A stretch of 33,868 bases of DNA from a virus. The stretch lies in the UHGV virus genome UHGV-0293859; one strand, given 5' to 3'. Shown here piece by piece: positions 1-8,998 of the stretch (within the stretch, counting starts at the first letter, position 1; each line of letters starts with the position of its first letter). The notes below the pieces were generated by a model. The model made no database searches. It was given only the letters and a program-made list of their open reading frames with translations, and was not told the DNA's origin. Position numbers and translations under genes: made by a program.

Positions 1-2
1 GT

Positions 3-12
3 GTCATGACAT
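3..12. repeat. 10-bp direct repeat GTCATGACAT, left copy (second copy at 33705-33714); candidate attL core
   Basis: Exact 10-mer seen at both window ends, adjacent to integrase on the left; chance expectation ~0.03 per strand for a given 10-mer in 34 kb. Confidence 0.3.
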
Positions 13-234
13 ATCGACCTTTACGTGAAGCTTCCGACGGAGTAATAAACGGTGCGGCTTTCCGGCAGGCTATACGGTATGCTGTACATGTGGCCCGCTA
101 AAAGTTTATGGACAAGACACTAAATCCCGTACGCGATGCCAATTCTCGTCAGCACGTGACGGAATGACCCTTGATTTTCCTACATTTTGCGCAGTTTTGA
201 GCGCACCTGAAAGCGCCTGACAGAAAAAAGCGCC

Positions 235-273
235 CTGTACATGCGACTGTACATTGTCTAAGGACTGTACAGC
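235..273. promoter_or_regulatory. Three closely spaced copies of palindromic CTGTACA(T/G) at 235, 247 and 265 immediately upstream of the integrase start (a fourth copy at 82-88); candidate integrase promoter/operator or arm-type sites
   Basis: Read directly; CTGTACAG is self-complementary; ends 4 bp before the int ATG at 277. Confidence 0.35.
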
Positions 274-276
274 ACT

Positions 277-1464
277 ATGGCAGGCATCATTAAACGCAAC
301 AACAAATGGGTGGCCGTCTTCCGCTCCCTGGACGGCAAAGAGCTTCGGAAAACCACCGGCATCGACGTGGTTCCCAAGGCGCTGCTTCCGGGAGCCAATA
401 AGAAATCGGTCATGTCCCAGAATGAAGCCCGGGCGCGGCTGGTGGCCCAAGAGATGGAGAAAGAAGCCCGTTACGGGGTTTTTGACCTGGACAAGGTGAA
501 GGCCATTGCCGGGGACCAGGCCGGCGTGCTGAAAGCCACCATGAACGGCATGACGGTGACGCGGTTCCTTTTTGACTGGCTGGACGGGAGGAAAAACAAG
601 AAGCGGGCCTATGAGCGGGACGGCATGGCCGTCCGCCGGCTTCTGGCGTTCCTGGGGGACCGGCGGAATATGCCGCTGGCCGCCCTGAATAAAGGGATGG
701 CGAAGGATTTTGTAGAAACGGAATTGGAGCGCGTTTCCGCCGGAACCGTCATCCGCTATGTGTCCACGCTGTCCACCGCGTTCAATGTCGCTGTAGACCG
801 CGAGATACTTCCCCGGAATCCGTTCCGGGGCGTCATGCCTTCCCGGGCGGACCACCAGGCGGAAAAGCAGCTGCGCGGCGCCTTCACCATGGAGGAAGTG
901 AACACCATCATTGAACGGTTCCCGGATGAATGGCCGGATCTGGTGCGGGTGTGCCTCTACACCGGAGGACAGCGCCTCGGAGACCTGGCGACGCTGAAAT
1001 GGGAGCAGATTGACCTGAAGAACTCCTTCCTGTTCATGACCACGCAGAAGAGCCGGCGCCGCATGAACAAGCCGATCATCCAGCCCTTGAAAGAGGTTCT
1101 GGAAAGGCGTCTGGTCAACCGGGTGAACGATTACGTGTTTCCCCTGGCCGCGCTTCGCCATGCCCATGCCGGCGGACGTTCCGACAAGCTTTCCACGGAG
1201 TTCACGACATTGTTGAAAACGTACGGAATCATCCGGGAGATGCCCGGGGAAGTGAGAGGCGACCGGCACCGGCTTTCGGAAAAGAGCTTCCACAGCCTGC
1301 GGGCGACCGCCGTGACCGTCCTGCGCCTGTCCGGGGTGTCCCCGGATTTGTGCCGCTTCATCGTCGGCCACGACTCCGAAGAGATTGAACGGGTGTATTT
1401 CCGCCCGGATTCGGCGGACGTCCAGGAGGCCATGAGCAAGATTGCCGTCGGACTGGCCCGTTAG
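277..1464 (+). CDS. int: Phage tyrosine integrase (site-specific recombinase)
   Basis: 395 aa; N-terminal arm-binding-like region, C-terminal catalytic region with HSLRATAVT...GHDSEEIERVYF (R..H..R..Y type motifs); ATG start; position at prophage edge. Confidence 0.9.
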   Translation: MAGIIKRNNKWVAVFRSLDGKELRKTTGIDVVPKALLPGANKKSVMSQNEARARLVAQEMEKEARYGVFDLDKVKAIAGDQAGVLKATMNGMTVTRFLFDWLDGRKNKKRAYERDGMAVRRLLAFLGDRRNMPLAALNKGMAKDFVETELERVSAGTVIRYVSTLSTAFNVAVDREILPRNPFRGVMPSRADHQAEKQLRGAFTMEEVNTIIERFPDEWPDLVRVCLYTGGQRLGDLATLKWEQIDLKNSFLFMTTQKSRRRMNKPIIQPLKEVLERRLVNRVNDYVFPLAALRHAHAGGRSDKLSTEFTTLLKTYGIIREMPGEVRGDRHRLSEKSFHSLRATAVTVLRLSGVSPDLCRFIVGHDSEEIERVYFRPDSADVQEAMSKIAVGLAR

Positions 1465-2204
1465 CCTCCTTCCCCGTGGAACCGGTAACGGTACAAGGCG
1501 TCCATGGCGCGGGCGCGCTCGGATTTGGGAATGTTCGTTGGGCGCGGGTTGCCGAAGGTGACCATCCAGAATTCGGCGTATTTTTTCGGCGTTACGGCGA
1601 TGCTGAACCAGTTCCATGCCGTCCACTTCCCTTCCCGGTTGAAGGGCGTCCAGGGTTCGTCAAGCCTGATCTGCTCCGGGGGAAAGAGACCCTGGATGGC
1701 CCGGCAGATGGTGAGGTCTTCCGGGGCGAGCGGGGGGATAGCGGCGCATTCCAGCGCTTCGGCGGCCATCCTGGCCGCCCGTCCGCTGATGGCGTAACAC
1801 GGCCCATAGGCGGAGCGTTCGGACGGGTGGCCGGGGTTCTGGTAGCCGGAGGCGTGCAACGCCAGCCCGTTGCGCTGCATGTCGAGGATCCAGCCGCCCG
1901 ACAACAGGAGCGTGTCGGAGTCGATTTTGACGATGACGTCTTCATCCTCCGCTTCCCCGGCCAGCGTGGAAATGATGCCCCGGACGCATTCCGGGCCGCG
2001 CAGGTTGCCGTTCCTTGTCCAGCCGGTTTGACAATACCTTGCCCCGGTTAACATAAGGACGGATCTGACGCGTTCAGGAAGCGGAGCGGCGCTGTCGTCC
2101 ACAACCGTAATGACAGCTTCAGGCAGAGCCGCGGCTGCGCATTGTACGCAAACTAGGGCTTCATCCGCGTCTCCGGCATAGGTGAATAGATAGATTCTGA
2201 TCAT
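1461..2204 (-). CDS. Putative GT-A fold glycosyltransferase (VVDDS and DSD/DxD motifs); possible lysogenic-conversion gene
   Basis: 247 aa; ITVVDDSAAP and VIVKIDSDTLLL resemble the DDxS and DxD motifs of GT2-like enzymes; lies between tail genes and int where gtr-type conversion genes sit in other prophages. Confidence 0.45.
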   Translation of the reverse strand: MIRIYLFTYAGDADEALVCVQCAAAALPEAVITVVDDSAAPLPERVRSVLMLTGARYCQTGWTRNGNLRGPECVRGIISTLAGEAEDEDVIVKIDSDTLLLSGGWILDMQRNGLALHASGYQNPGHPSERSAYGPCYAISGRAARMAAEALECAAIPPLAPEDLTICRAIQGLFPPEQIRLDEPWTPFNREGKWTAWNWFSIAVTPKKYAEFWMVTFGNPRPTNIPKSERARAMDALYRYRFHGEGG

Positions 2205-2212
2205 GGTGTTTG

Positions 2213-4357
2213 TTAAGCTGGTCCGTAGGGGTAGAAGGTTCCTCCGAAGACGGGTATCTGGATCATTCCCAGCGCGTATTGTGTCACCTGGTCGTCTTCG
2301 ATGTCGGCTATCTGGAAAGAATAGTCGAAATTGACGTCAGGCTTTTTCTCTCCGAGCCTGATCGGATAGACCGGTCCGGGAATGCCCGAGACGTCAACGC
2401 CCGTCAATTTGGCGTTCTTGTCAAAGTGGACGTTGAGCCATACTTCCCCGCTGGTTTGGGGGATCGTTACCCACGAGGAACCGGAGCCGCCCCCCTGCGG
2501 GTATTTGCCGAGCAGCGATCCGTTCAGGTAGAGCGCGCCGGGCTTCATCTGCGCCCCGGTGATGGCGCCCTCCGTATCTTTCTGCAAGCGCACTTGGAAA
2601 CCGTATTCCGGCGCGGGCGTGGATTCTCCCGTGGATTTGGTGATGTGCTGGCTGATGGTGGGGGATTCCGGCTTGGGGTCAAAGCCGTATTCCGTCGATT
2701 CCGGCGCGCCTTGCATGTTTTCCAGCGTGGAAGATGTGCGCGAGGTGGCATTCACGCGCTTCAATTCTACCCATTCTTCAATCCCTAGTTGTTCCGGCGC
2801 GCCGTAGGAAAGGGAAATCACGTTGGTTTGCAGGTCGCGGCTCACCGTCTGAATCATGGTGTTGATGTTCTGCCAAGCGGGGTTTCCTCCCAGCAGCGAG
2901 ACGCGCCGGCCAATGTATTGGCGCGTCTGCGCTTCGCCAAGCGCGACAAAGGAAATAGAGCCGTCCCAGGGCAATTCCTGCATGGATTCCCATACCGTTT
3001 TGGCAATGTCCCCATAGGGCACGCCTTCCGAGGGTTGGGGCGATTCCCCTTCTTCCGGCCCGTTGGAGGGCTGTTCCCCGTTGTAGATGCCGTCAATGGG
3101 GTAGCTTGAGGATTTTCGATCCATGGTGACGAGATCTACCGAGAATTCTTCCCAAAAGCAGGGCACGCCTTCCAGCGTTCCCACATTTTTGAATTTCTCC
3201 CTCCACTTCGGAGCCGCTCCTTCTGGGATGGCAAGACGCTGTTTTATCGTAGTATTACACCATTTTGGATGATAAGATTTAGTGTGAATTTGCCCGTCCG
3301 TCAATTCAAACTCGGTAGCGTCTTCTTTATAACCCTTCGGCTTGTCCTTCTCGTCCCCCTCCCAAGGCTTCCCCGTGATGGTCGGTTCTTTATCATAAGC
3401 CGCTATGGCTCCTACCTCTTTCATCCAGGGGAAGTGGTTGGACCAGAATTTTTCAATCATGTTGTTCTTATCAATTTTCCTCCCCGTCACTTTCATGCGC
3501 TGGTAGGACAGGCTGCCGGCCCGGGTGCCCTGCACCGGCTGCGGATCTTCTACCGGCTCCCCCGTAGAACTGTATTTAGAATAGTAGAAGTCTACTGACG
3601 TCCGGTAAACAATGGAGTGCGGCAAGGTCGGGTCCCCGTCCTCCGGGTATTTGGACAGGTAGGAGACGCGGTAGCCGTTGCTTCCGGTCGTTTCCGCGAC
3701 GATAGCCACGCAGGGCGGCACGAGGTCGCCCCGGGGGACCAGGGAAACATCCATGGACTTGACCGTTTCCGTCGGCTGCAAGGGAAGCGCAATGGGCGTC
3801 AGGGCGTCATAGTCCGTGATGATGAGCTTGGGGCGCGTTCCGCTGTAGTCGTAGTACGAGACCATCCGGGGCGACCAGCGGCGGATGGATTGAAGGAGGC
3901 TGCCCAGCGTATCGCAGGAGGCGTTCCACGGAATCAGCATCTTGTTGTCGCTGATACGCAGCTCGTAGTCCGCCGGGTGGTGTTTGGCGAGGTTCAGCAC
4001 CCGGGAGAGTGCGGAGGCAATGCTTATCTTGGGAATGATGCCGCCCCCTCCGCTGACTTTATTCCACATGGAAAAGACCGGCTTCCATTCGGAATCCAGC
4101 GCAAAGCAGTTGTCCAGCCAATACCAGGGATCGGAAAAGACGATTTTCCAGGCACGGGAAGAGCCGCTGTAGGTCTTTTCGATGCTGGAAACGAGGCCGG
4201 ATAGAATGGTGTTCCCGTTTTGGGAAATGGTGACAGTATCGAACTGTTGGAAGGGCAAGACCTCGCCCAAGGTGCGGACGGGATAAACCGCGGTGATGGC
4301 GGAGGAGGAAAAGCTTTGCTGGTCGTGGGTCAGGCTCGACGGCTTGAGGCCCAGCAA
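2213..4357 (-). CDS. Phage tail protein (distal tail/tip or fibre component), 714 aa, TTG start
   Basis: Large ORF downstream of tape measure in the late operon; no recognisable catalytic motif; start is TTG 15 codons after the upstream stop. Confidence 0.5.
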   Translation of the reverse strand: MLGLKPSSLTHDQQSFSSSAITAVYPVRTLGEVLPFQQFDTVTISQNGNTILSGLVSSIEKTYSGSSRAWKIVFSDPWYWLDNCFALDSEWKPVFSMWNKVSGGGGIIPKISIASALSRVLNLAKHHPADYELRISDNKMLIPWNASCDTLGSLLQSIRRWSPRMVSYYDYSGTRPKLIITDYDALTPIALPLQPTETVKSMDVSLVPRGDLVPPCVAIVAETTGSNGYRVSYLSKYPEDGDPTLPHSIVYRTSVDFYYSKYSSTGEPVEDPQPVQGTRAGSLSYQRMKVTGRKIDKNNMIEKFWSNHFPWMKEVGAIAAYDKEPTITGKPWEGDEKDKPKGYKEDATEFELTDGQIHTKSYHPKWCNTTIKQRLAIPEGAAPKWREKFKNVGTLEGVPCFWEEFSVDLVTMDRKSSSYPIDGIYNGEQPSNGPEEGESPQPSEGVPYGDIAKTVWESMQELPWDGSISFVALGEAQTRQYIGRRVSLLGGNPAWQNINTMIQTVSRDLQTNVISLSYGAPEQLGIEEWVELKRVNATSRTSSTLENMQGAPESTEYGFDPKPESPTISQHITKSTGESTPAPEYGFQVRLQKDTEGAITGAQMKPGALYLNGSLLGKYPQGGGSGSSWVTIPQTSGEVWLNVHFDKNAKLTGVDVSGIPGPVYPIRLGEKKPDVNFDYSFQIADIEDDQVTQYALGMIQIPVFGGTFYPYGPA

Positions 4358-4408
4358 GTCATTGATGGTGATGTCGTGGTTCCTGCTGCTTGTAAAATGG
4401 TTAGTGGT

Positions 4409-4897
4409 TTATTTCTTATCGGCGATCTTTTGGAGCAACGTCAGAACCTTCGCGAACCAGAAGCAGACGAGGCAGGAGAAAGCGCCTGATAACAAATAGA
4501 TGAAGGCTAGTGGAAACTGATGATGATAAAAATTGCTTAAAAATAATACAATACCAGCAATAATCGTCATTGCTCCCACTACTTGAAACATCCCCTCTAC
4601 TTTAATTTTTAGAGGCTCTTGCTCATTCGCCCAAGCAGGTTTTTCTTCTCTCTCATCTAAAATAAATTCAACAAAGCGTTTCTTTGATCTGCTCTCCGAT
4701 TCTTGTTCTTCTGCTTTTCTATTGGTGTTTTTGGTCAGATGATAAATCCTTCCAAAGGATAGCCACTCCTGACCTCCTTCAGGGCAAACAAGAGTTTCTG
4801 ACAAGATTTTCCCTTCCTTGTACAAGGCTTCAAGTTCTTCAAAAGAGTAGGGGCCCTCAGCATTGTTTGAGTTGGAAGCGACGTAATAATTAGCCAT
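4409..4897 (-). CDS. Low-GC moron: GYF-like (DUF4339-type) N-terminal domain plus two C-terminal transmembrane helices
   Basis: 162 aa; GPYSFEELEALYKEGKILSETLVCPEGGQEWLSF resembles the DUF4339/GYF_2 motif; two hydrophobic helices at C-terminus; strongly AT-rich relative to neighbours; sits immediately after the tape measure gene. Confidence 0.55.
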   Translation of the reverse strand: MANYYVASNSNNAEGPYSFEELEALYKEGKILSETLVCPEGGQEWLSFGRIYHLTKNTNRKAEEQESESRSKKRFVEFILDEREEKPAWANEQEPLKIKVEGMFQVVGAMTIIAGIVLFLSNFYHHQFPLAFIYLLSGAFSCLVCFWFAKVLTLLQKIADKK

Positions 4898-4943
4898 AGT
4901 GGTATGGTGCTATAAACCGGCGTTAGTGCAAGCCTAAAAGCTG

Positions 4944-7163
4944 TTAAAAGCCTCCGGCAAGCCTGTTTATCCCTGTTTGCAATCTTCCGTTGCCCTTCTG
5001 CACTATCTTCAAGATTTCCTCGAATTTAGCATCTACATATTTTTTCGTATCTGCTTGAATGGCATTTACATTGGCGGTCTGTGCTGTTGCTATGGTTTTC
5101 AAGAAATCCATCAATTTTTTCGTGTATTGTCCGCTTTCTATCAATGAGTTTTTCATAACGTCAAACACTTCCTGAAGCTCGCTGGGGTCGATTTCCGTAT
5201 CTTTGTCCGAAATGCTTTCCGCAAGGCGTTTCTTCCCTGCATTCAAAGCTTCGCGGGCAGCCGCAATCCGGGCGCGTTGCTGGGCGGTAGGATGCTCGGG
5301 TACGCCTTCAAGAGTAATGCCGCGGATCATCGCCTGCTGCCTCTCGGCGGTCTGCTTTTGAGCCTCCCTTTCGGTCCGTTCACGAGCCTTCTTTATTTTC
5401 TCTTCATTTCTTCGGGCTTCCTCTGCTTCTTCCCTGTCTCTTTGCATGTTAAATGATTTAACCTTTCCGGCGTCTATTTGATTTTGAATAGCGTCGATTT
5501 GTTCCATGTTTTTAATAGACGCTTCGGTCGAAGCCATCGCATCACCCAAAGATCCGGCTTTCTCCGTTAAATCATCAAACTGTTTTTTCGCGGCGTCCGT
5601 ATTCTTCTTAAATTCTTCTACTGCATCTGATGCTTGTTTGAAGCGACTATTGACATCTGTCCCTTGGCTATAGTCTAATTCAAGATTTACGCCGCCGGAT
5701 CTCAATGACTCCTGAAATTCCTTCAATTTCAATTGAAGAGCATTACCTTCTTCTTGGGCCAAATTACGTGATTCAACAAGCTGTTGCTCTCTTATTACTC
5801 TCCCTTCATACTCTTCAACTTCTGACGGAGTAAGCCAAGTTCTATTTTTTCGTAATTCCTCTATTCTTGATAAGTCGCTACTAATGCTATCAATAGTACG
5901 TTGAGCACGTTCCTGCTGCTGTAAAAGGCCAAGAATATTTTGAAGAGAAGGAAGGTTCCCCTGCTTGAACTGCATATCAAAAGCATGAGCTTCCGCAGCA
6001 TCTCGGGCTTTGACTGCCTCTGCAAGCTGTTTGCCAATATCCATATAATTAGCCTGCTCCACGCCTAAATCACGCTGTCTGATTTTCTGGTCCAGATTCT
6101 GATCAACCATCATCAAGCCGTAATCTCGCTGTCTCTTGGTGATTCTTCCTGCCTGGTAGTCATTCTCCAAGTTGACGCGGTCAAGTTCTGCCTGGCGTGT
6201 ATCAACGCCTTTCTGGCGGGCCGCTTCCTCACGTCTCAAGCGAATTTGTTTTTCAAGCTCTTCCGTCTGATATTCAAATTCCCGGGTAATGCCCTTTACA
6301 TAGTTTTGATACTCTTCATTAACGGTCTTGGTGCGTTCTTGCTGGTTGAATTCCTGCAAAGCCTGATAACTTGCCCGGATAGCCTGACGAGAAGATTCGG
6401 CAATCTCTTTGCTATGCTCCTTCATTTTTTTGGCGAGATCTGCCGACTTGTCTTCCGTTTTTCCCATCCATTCGTAAAGCTTCGCCCCGGCCAGAACGGC
6501 AAGCGACATCGCGCCGGCCAGACCTGCGCCGCCTCCGAAGCCCATCACCAGCCCCGGAATATTGTTCATGATGCCCCGGATGCCGTACTGCAAGTCATCG
6601 AAGAAGTAGGCAGCCTGCAAGGCCCCCTGACCCATGTTCTTCACGCTCCTGGTTGCCTGCTGGCTCCCCTTATCAAGTTGTTGAGCGGACTGGTTGAGAG
6701 CTCGGCTTTTTTCCGCCGCCTGCGCTTCCGCTCGCGCTGCTTTTTCCGCCGCCTGCGCTTCCCGTTCCTGCGCCCTGGTCAATGCGGAAATTCTTTTCTC
6801 CAGTTCCTGAATATTCTTCAGGGCTTTTAGACGGTCGGGGTGATTTTCCTGCTGCGTCGCCTTTTTCAGGGCTGCCTGATATTTTTCCAATTCAGACACA
6901 AGTTCATTTAAGGCCGCTTTTTCCCTTCGTCTGGATTGTTCGATGGCGTCCGCGGATTCCTGGGCTTTCTTCTGCCTCCGTTCTTCCGCCTGGGCTTCTT
7001 TTTCCAACGCCTTGGACTGGTCATCGGCATTGGTATTGGTATTTTGCCCCGAAGATGGCTTCCCGGCGTTCCTAAGGGATTCAATTTGCTTGCGGGCCTC
7101 TTCCACGCCCTTCGAGTCAAAGGATGATTTAAGGGTGATTTCGATTTCTTTCTTGGTGGCCAT
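4944..7163 (-). CDS. Tail tape measure protein
   Basis: 739 aa, long coiled-coil/charged segments, internal AEAQAAEK-type 33-bp tandem repeat (6711-6762), Gly-rich membrane-like segment; preceded by a small chaperone-like gene. Confidence 0.8.
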   Translation of the reverse strand: MATKKEIEITLKSSFDSKGVEEARKQIESLRNAGKPSSGQNTNTNADDQSKALEKEAQAEERRQKKAQESADAIEQSRRREKAALNELVSELEKYQAALKKATQQENHPDRLKALKNIQELEKRISALTRAQEREAQAAEKAARAEAQAAEKSRALNQSAQQLDKGSQQATRSVKNMGQGALQAAYFFDDLQYGIRGIMNNIPGLVMGFGGGAGLAGAMSLAVLAGAKLYEWMGKTEDKSADLAKKMKEHSKEIAESSRQAIRASYQALQEFNQQERTKTVNEEYQNYVKGITREFEYQTEELEKQIRLRREEAARQKGVDTRQAELDRVNLENDYQAGRITKRQRDYGLMMVDQNLDQKIRQRDLGVEQANYMDIGKQLAEAVKARDAAEAHAFDMQFKQGNLPSLQNILGLLQQQERAQRTIDSISSDLSRIEELRKNRTWLTPSEVEEYEGRVIREQQLVESRNLAQEEGNALQLKLKEFQESLRSGGVNLELDYSQGTDVNSRFKQASDAVEEFKKNTDAAKKQFDDLTEKAGSLGDAMASTEASIKNMEQIDAIQNQIDAGKVKSFNMQRDREEAEEARRNEEKIKKARERTEREAQKQTAERQQAMIRGITLEGVPEHPTAQQRARIAAAREALNAGKKRLAESISDKDTEIDPSELQEVFDVMKNSLIESGQYTKKLMDFLKTIATAQTANVNAIQADTKKYVDAKFEEILKIVQKGNGRLQTGINRLAGGF

Positions 7164-7181
7164 GGTGGTAGATGTGGAGGG

Positions 7182-7463
7182 TTATCGTTGAGGGCGGGCT
7201 TCTTCGATGACGAAAGCGGGCAGTTTCCCGGCGGTGAGGGCGTTGCGGGATTCTTCCACGCGTTTCTGCAAGGATTCCAGGAGCATCATATCCCGGATGA
7301 TGACGCCGAAGGCATGGGAGGGATCAACGCCGGCGGCTTGAGAGGCAGCAAAGACGCTTTCCTTCAATTCCTGCGCCGCCTGGTTCAGGTTCGGGTTCTT
7401 GCCGCACTCTTCGGCGAATTCAATGAAAAGCCGTTCTATTCCGTTTTGTTGTTGTTCGTTCAT
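7182..7463 (-). CDS. Putative tail assembly chaperone (position-based)
   Basis: 93 aa acidic protein immediately upstream of tape measure; no G-T frameshift extension detectable. Confidence 0.35.
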   Translation of the reverse strand: MNEQQQNGIERLFIEFAEECGKNPNLNQAAQELKESVFAASQAAGVDPSHAFGVIIRDMMLLESLQKRVEESRNALTAGKLPAFVIEEARPQR

Positions 7464-7477
7464 GATGGATTATTCTG

Positions 7478-8992
7478 TTAAGATGGGTATTCGGTGGAAG
7501 TGTAGCGGATGACGAGGGATAATCCGAACGTGCGCCCGGGAGCGTCCGCCGGCATGGGGTAGATGGCATTTCCGAGGCCGTCAAACGCCTGCGGATTGGC
7601 CAGCATGGCATGCTGCTCATAAATGCCGTTCTGGTTTTCCACGACCAGCTGCCAGTCCGAACGGATTTCCACGCCGGGAGAAAACGTCCATTTCGCGTTT
7701 CCGCCCTCTCCGGTGAAAACCGCCTCGCTGCTGGTCGCCAGAAGAGAGGCAGACCCGTTTTCCACCCGGTAAAGCGTTAACGTGCCGGAATTGGCGCTGG
7801 TGGGTTTCGTCGTGATGATTTCCTGCAGCGTCAGTCCCTTTCCTTCGGGGTTGCCTTCCGGGAAGTCCGGATAAACGTCCGAGGGAATAAACCTCCATGA
7901 GGAATAACTCATCGGATTATCCGAGTATTCCCCTCCGGGCGGGGGAAGCTGATGATTTCGGGTGACCAGTCCTGCCCTCAATACGCGGATTGTCTGTTTT
8001 AACCCGGAATCCGCCTGTGTCGCGGAAACGACGACGGAGCCGGCCGCTCCTTCATTGGGGGCCGCGGTTAACGTGAAGGACCCGTTATTTCCGTTCGTGA
8101 TATCGGAGATGACAACGGAAGAGCTGGGAGAATTGGGCGTCCAGTCAACGCTGACTTCCCCCGGGTCATAATAGGAAGTCACCTGGACCTGGTAGCTTCC
8201 GCCAATAACGGGAACCTGTACCTGGGTTGGAGCAAGGCTGAATGAGTAAGAGGGTTGAAGCTGACGAAATTCAACCTCAACAGCCTGTCCTGTTCCGTCC
8301 TGAATGACCTGGAGCGACATGGTCCTGTCCTGGTCTCCTTCATTGGCCGCGACGATAACCTTGAATGTCCCGTTGTTGCCGTTGACGATATCGGAAACGG
8401 TTAATCCTTCGGAAACGTCGGCAATCTGCCACCCCTGCCCTACCGGTCCAGGGCTGAACGACGATTCCACATTAATGGTGTATTCGCCTCCCTTGACGGG
8501 TACGTCGAAAGAAGAGGGCGTCACGCTGAATATCCAGTTGGAATTGTCCGGGGTCCGGTCGGTGACCGTCATGGTCAGCGTGACCAGCAGGCACAGATAG
8601 CCGTCTTCGGGAGACGGCGGAGGAACAAAGTTCTCCGTCTCAAACTGGTAGCCGGTGATGACGGCGGCAAAACGCCATTGAGGCTGGTCGGCGAATTGCA
8701 GGTACAGATACCCGTTCTGGTTGCTGGACAGCCACAACGCCAGGTTCTCCTGCCAGGAGGCCATATCCTGATAATCCGTGAACCAGCGGTAAAACGCGAT
8801 GGTGCGCTGCTCCACGGCGCTTCCCAGCCCCTGCGCGAACGCTCGGGGACCGTCTACCAGCGAAGTTTCAAATGCCTCCATGGATCCGCCGAAGCGGGGA
8901 GGCTCCGGCGTATCGTCCCAGAGGTTGAGCAGCAGTATCTGGTTGCCGGCGGCGGAAACGTAGCGCGCCGCGTAGGGGGCCTGGTAAGTCAT
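7478..8992 (-). CDS. Tail protein with two tandem Ig-like/BACON-like domains (putative major tail protein)
   Basis: 504 aa; two ~90-aa internal repeats (..GGEYTINVESSFSPGP..VSDIVNGNNGTFKVIVAANEGD.. and ..GGSYQVQVTSYYDPGE..ISDITNGNNGSFTLTAAPNEGA..); canonical position upstream of chaperone and tape measure. Confidence 0.5.
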   Translation of the reverse strand: MTYQAPYAARYVSAAGNQILLLNLWDDTPEPPRFGGSMEAFETSLVDGPRAFAQGLGSAVEQRTIAFYRWFTDYQDMASWQENLALWLSSNQNGYLYLQFADQPQWRFAAVITGYQFETENFVPPPSPEDGYLCLLVTLTMTVTDRTPDNSNWIFSVTPSSFDVPVKGGEYTINVESSFSPGPVGQGWQIADVSEGLTVSDIVNGNNGTFKVIVAANEGDQDRTMSLQVIQDGTGQAVEVEFRQLQPSYSFSLAPTQVQVPVIGGSYQVQVTSYYDPGEVSVDWTPNSPSSSVVISDITNGNNGSFTLTAAPNEGAAGSVVVSATQADSGLKQTIRVLRAGLVTRNHQLPPPGGEYSDNPMSYSSWRFIPSDVYPDFPEGNPEGKGLTLQEIITTKPTSANSGTLTLYRVENGSASLLATSSEAVFTGEGGNAKWTFSPGVEIRSDWQLVVENQNGIYEQHAMLANPQAFDGLGNAIYPMPADAPGRTFGLSLVIRYTSTEYPS

Positions 8993-8998
8993 GGGCGG

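Noticed and set aside
106-1626. 506-aa - strand ORF overlapping the integrase
   Set aside because: Arg/His/Pro/Gly-rich antisense shadow typical of high-GC DNA. The + strand integrase has clear catalytic motifs.
7163-7463. Looked for a lambda G/GT-type programmed -1 frameshift extension of the tail chaperone
   Set aside because: No extended overlapping - strand ORF in another frame. The chaperone stop lies 18 bp before the tape measure start.
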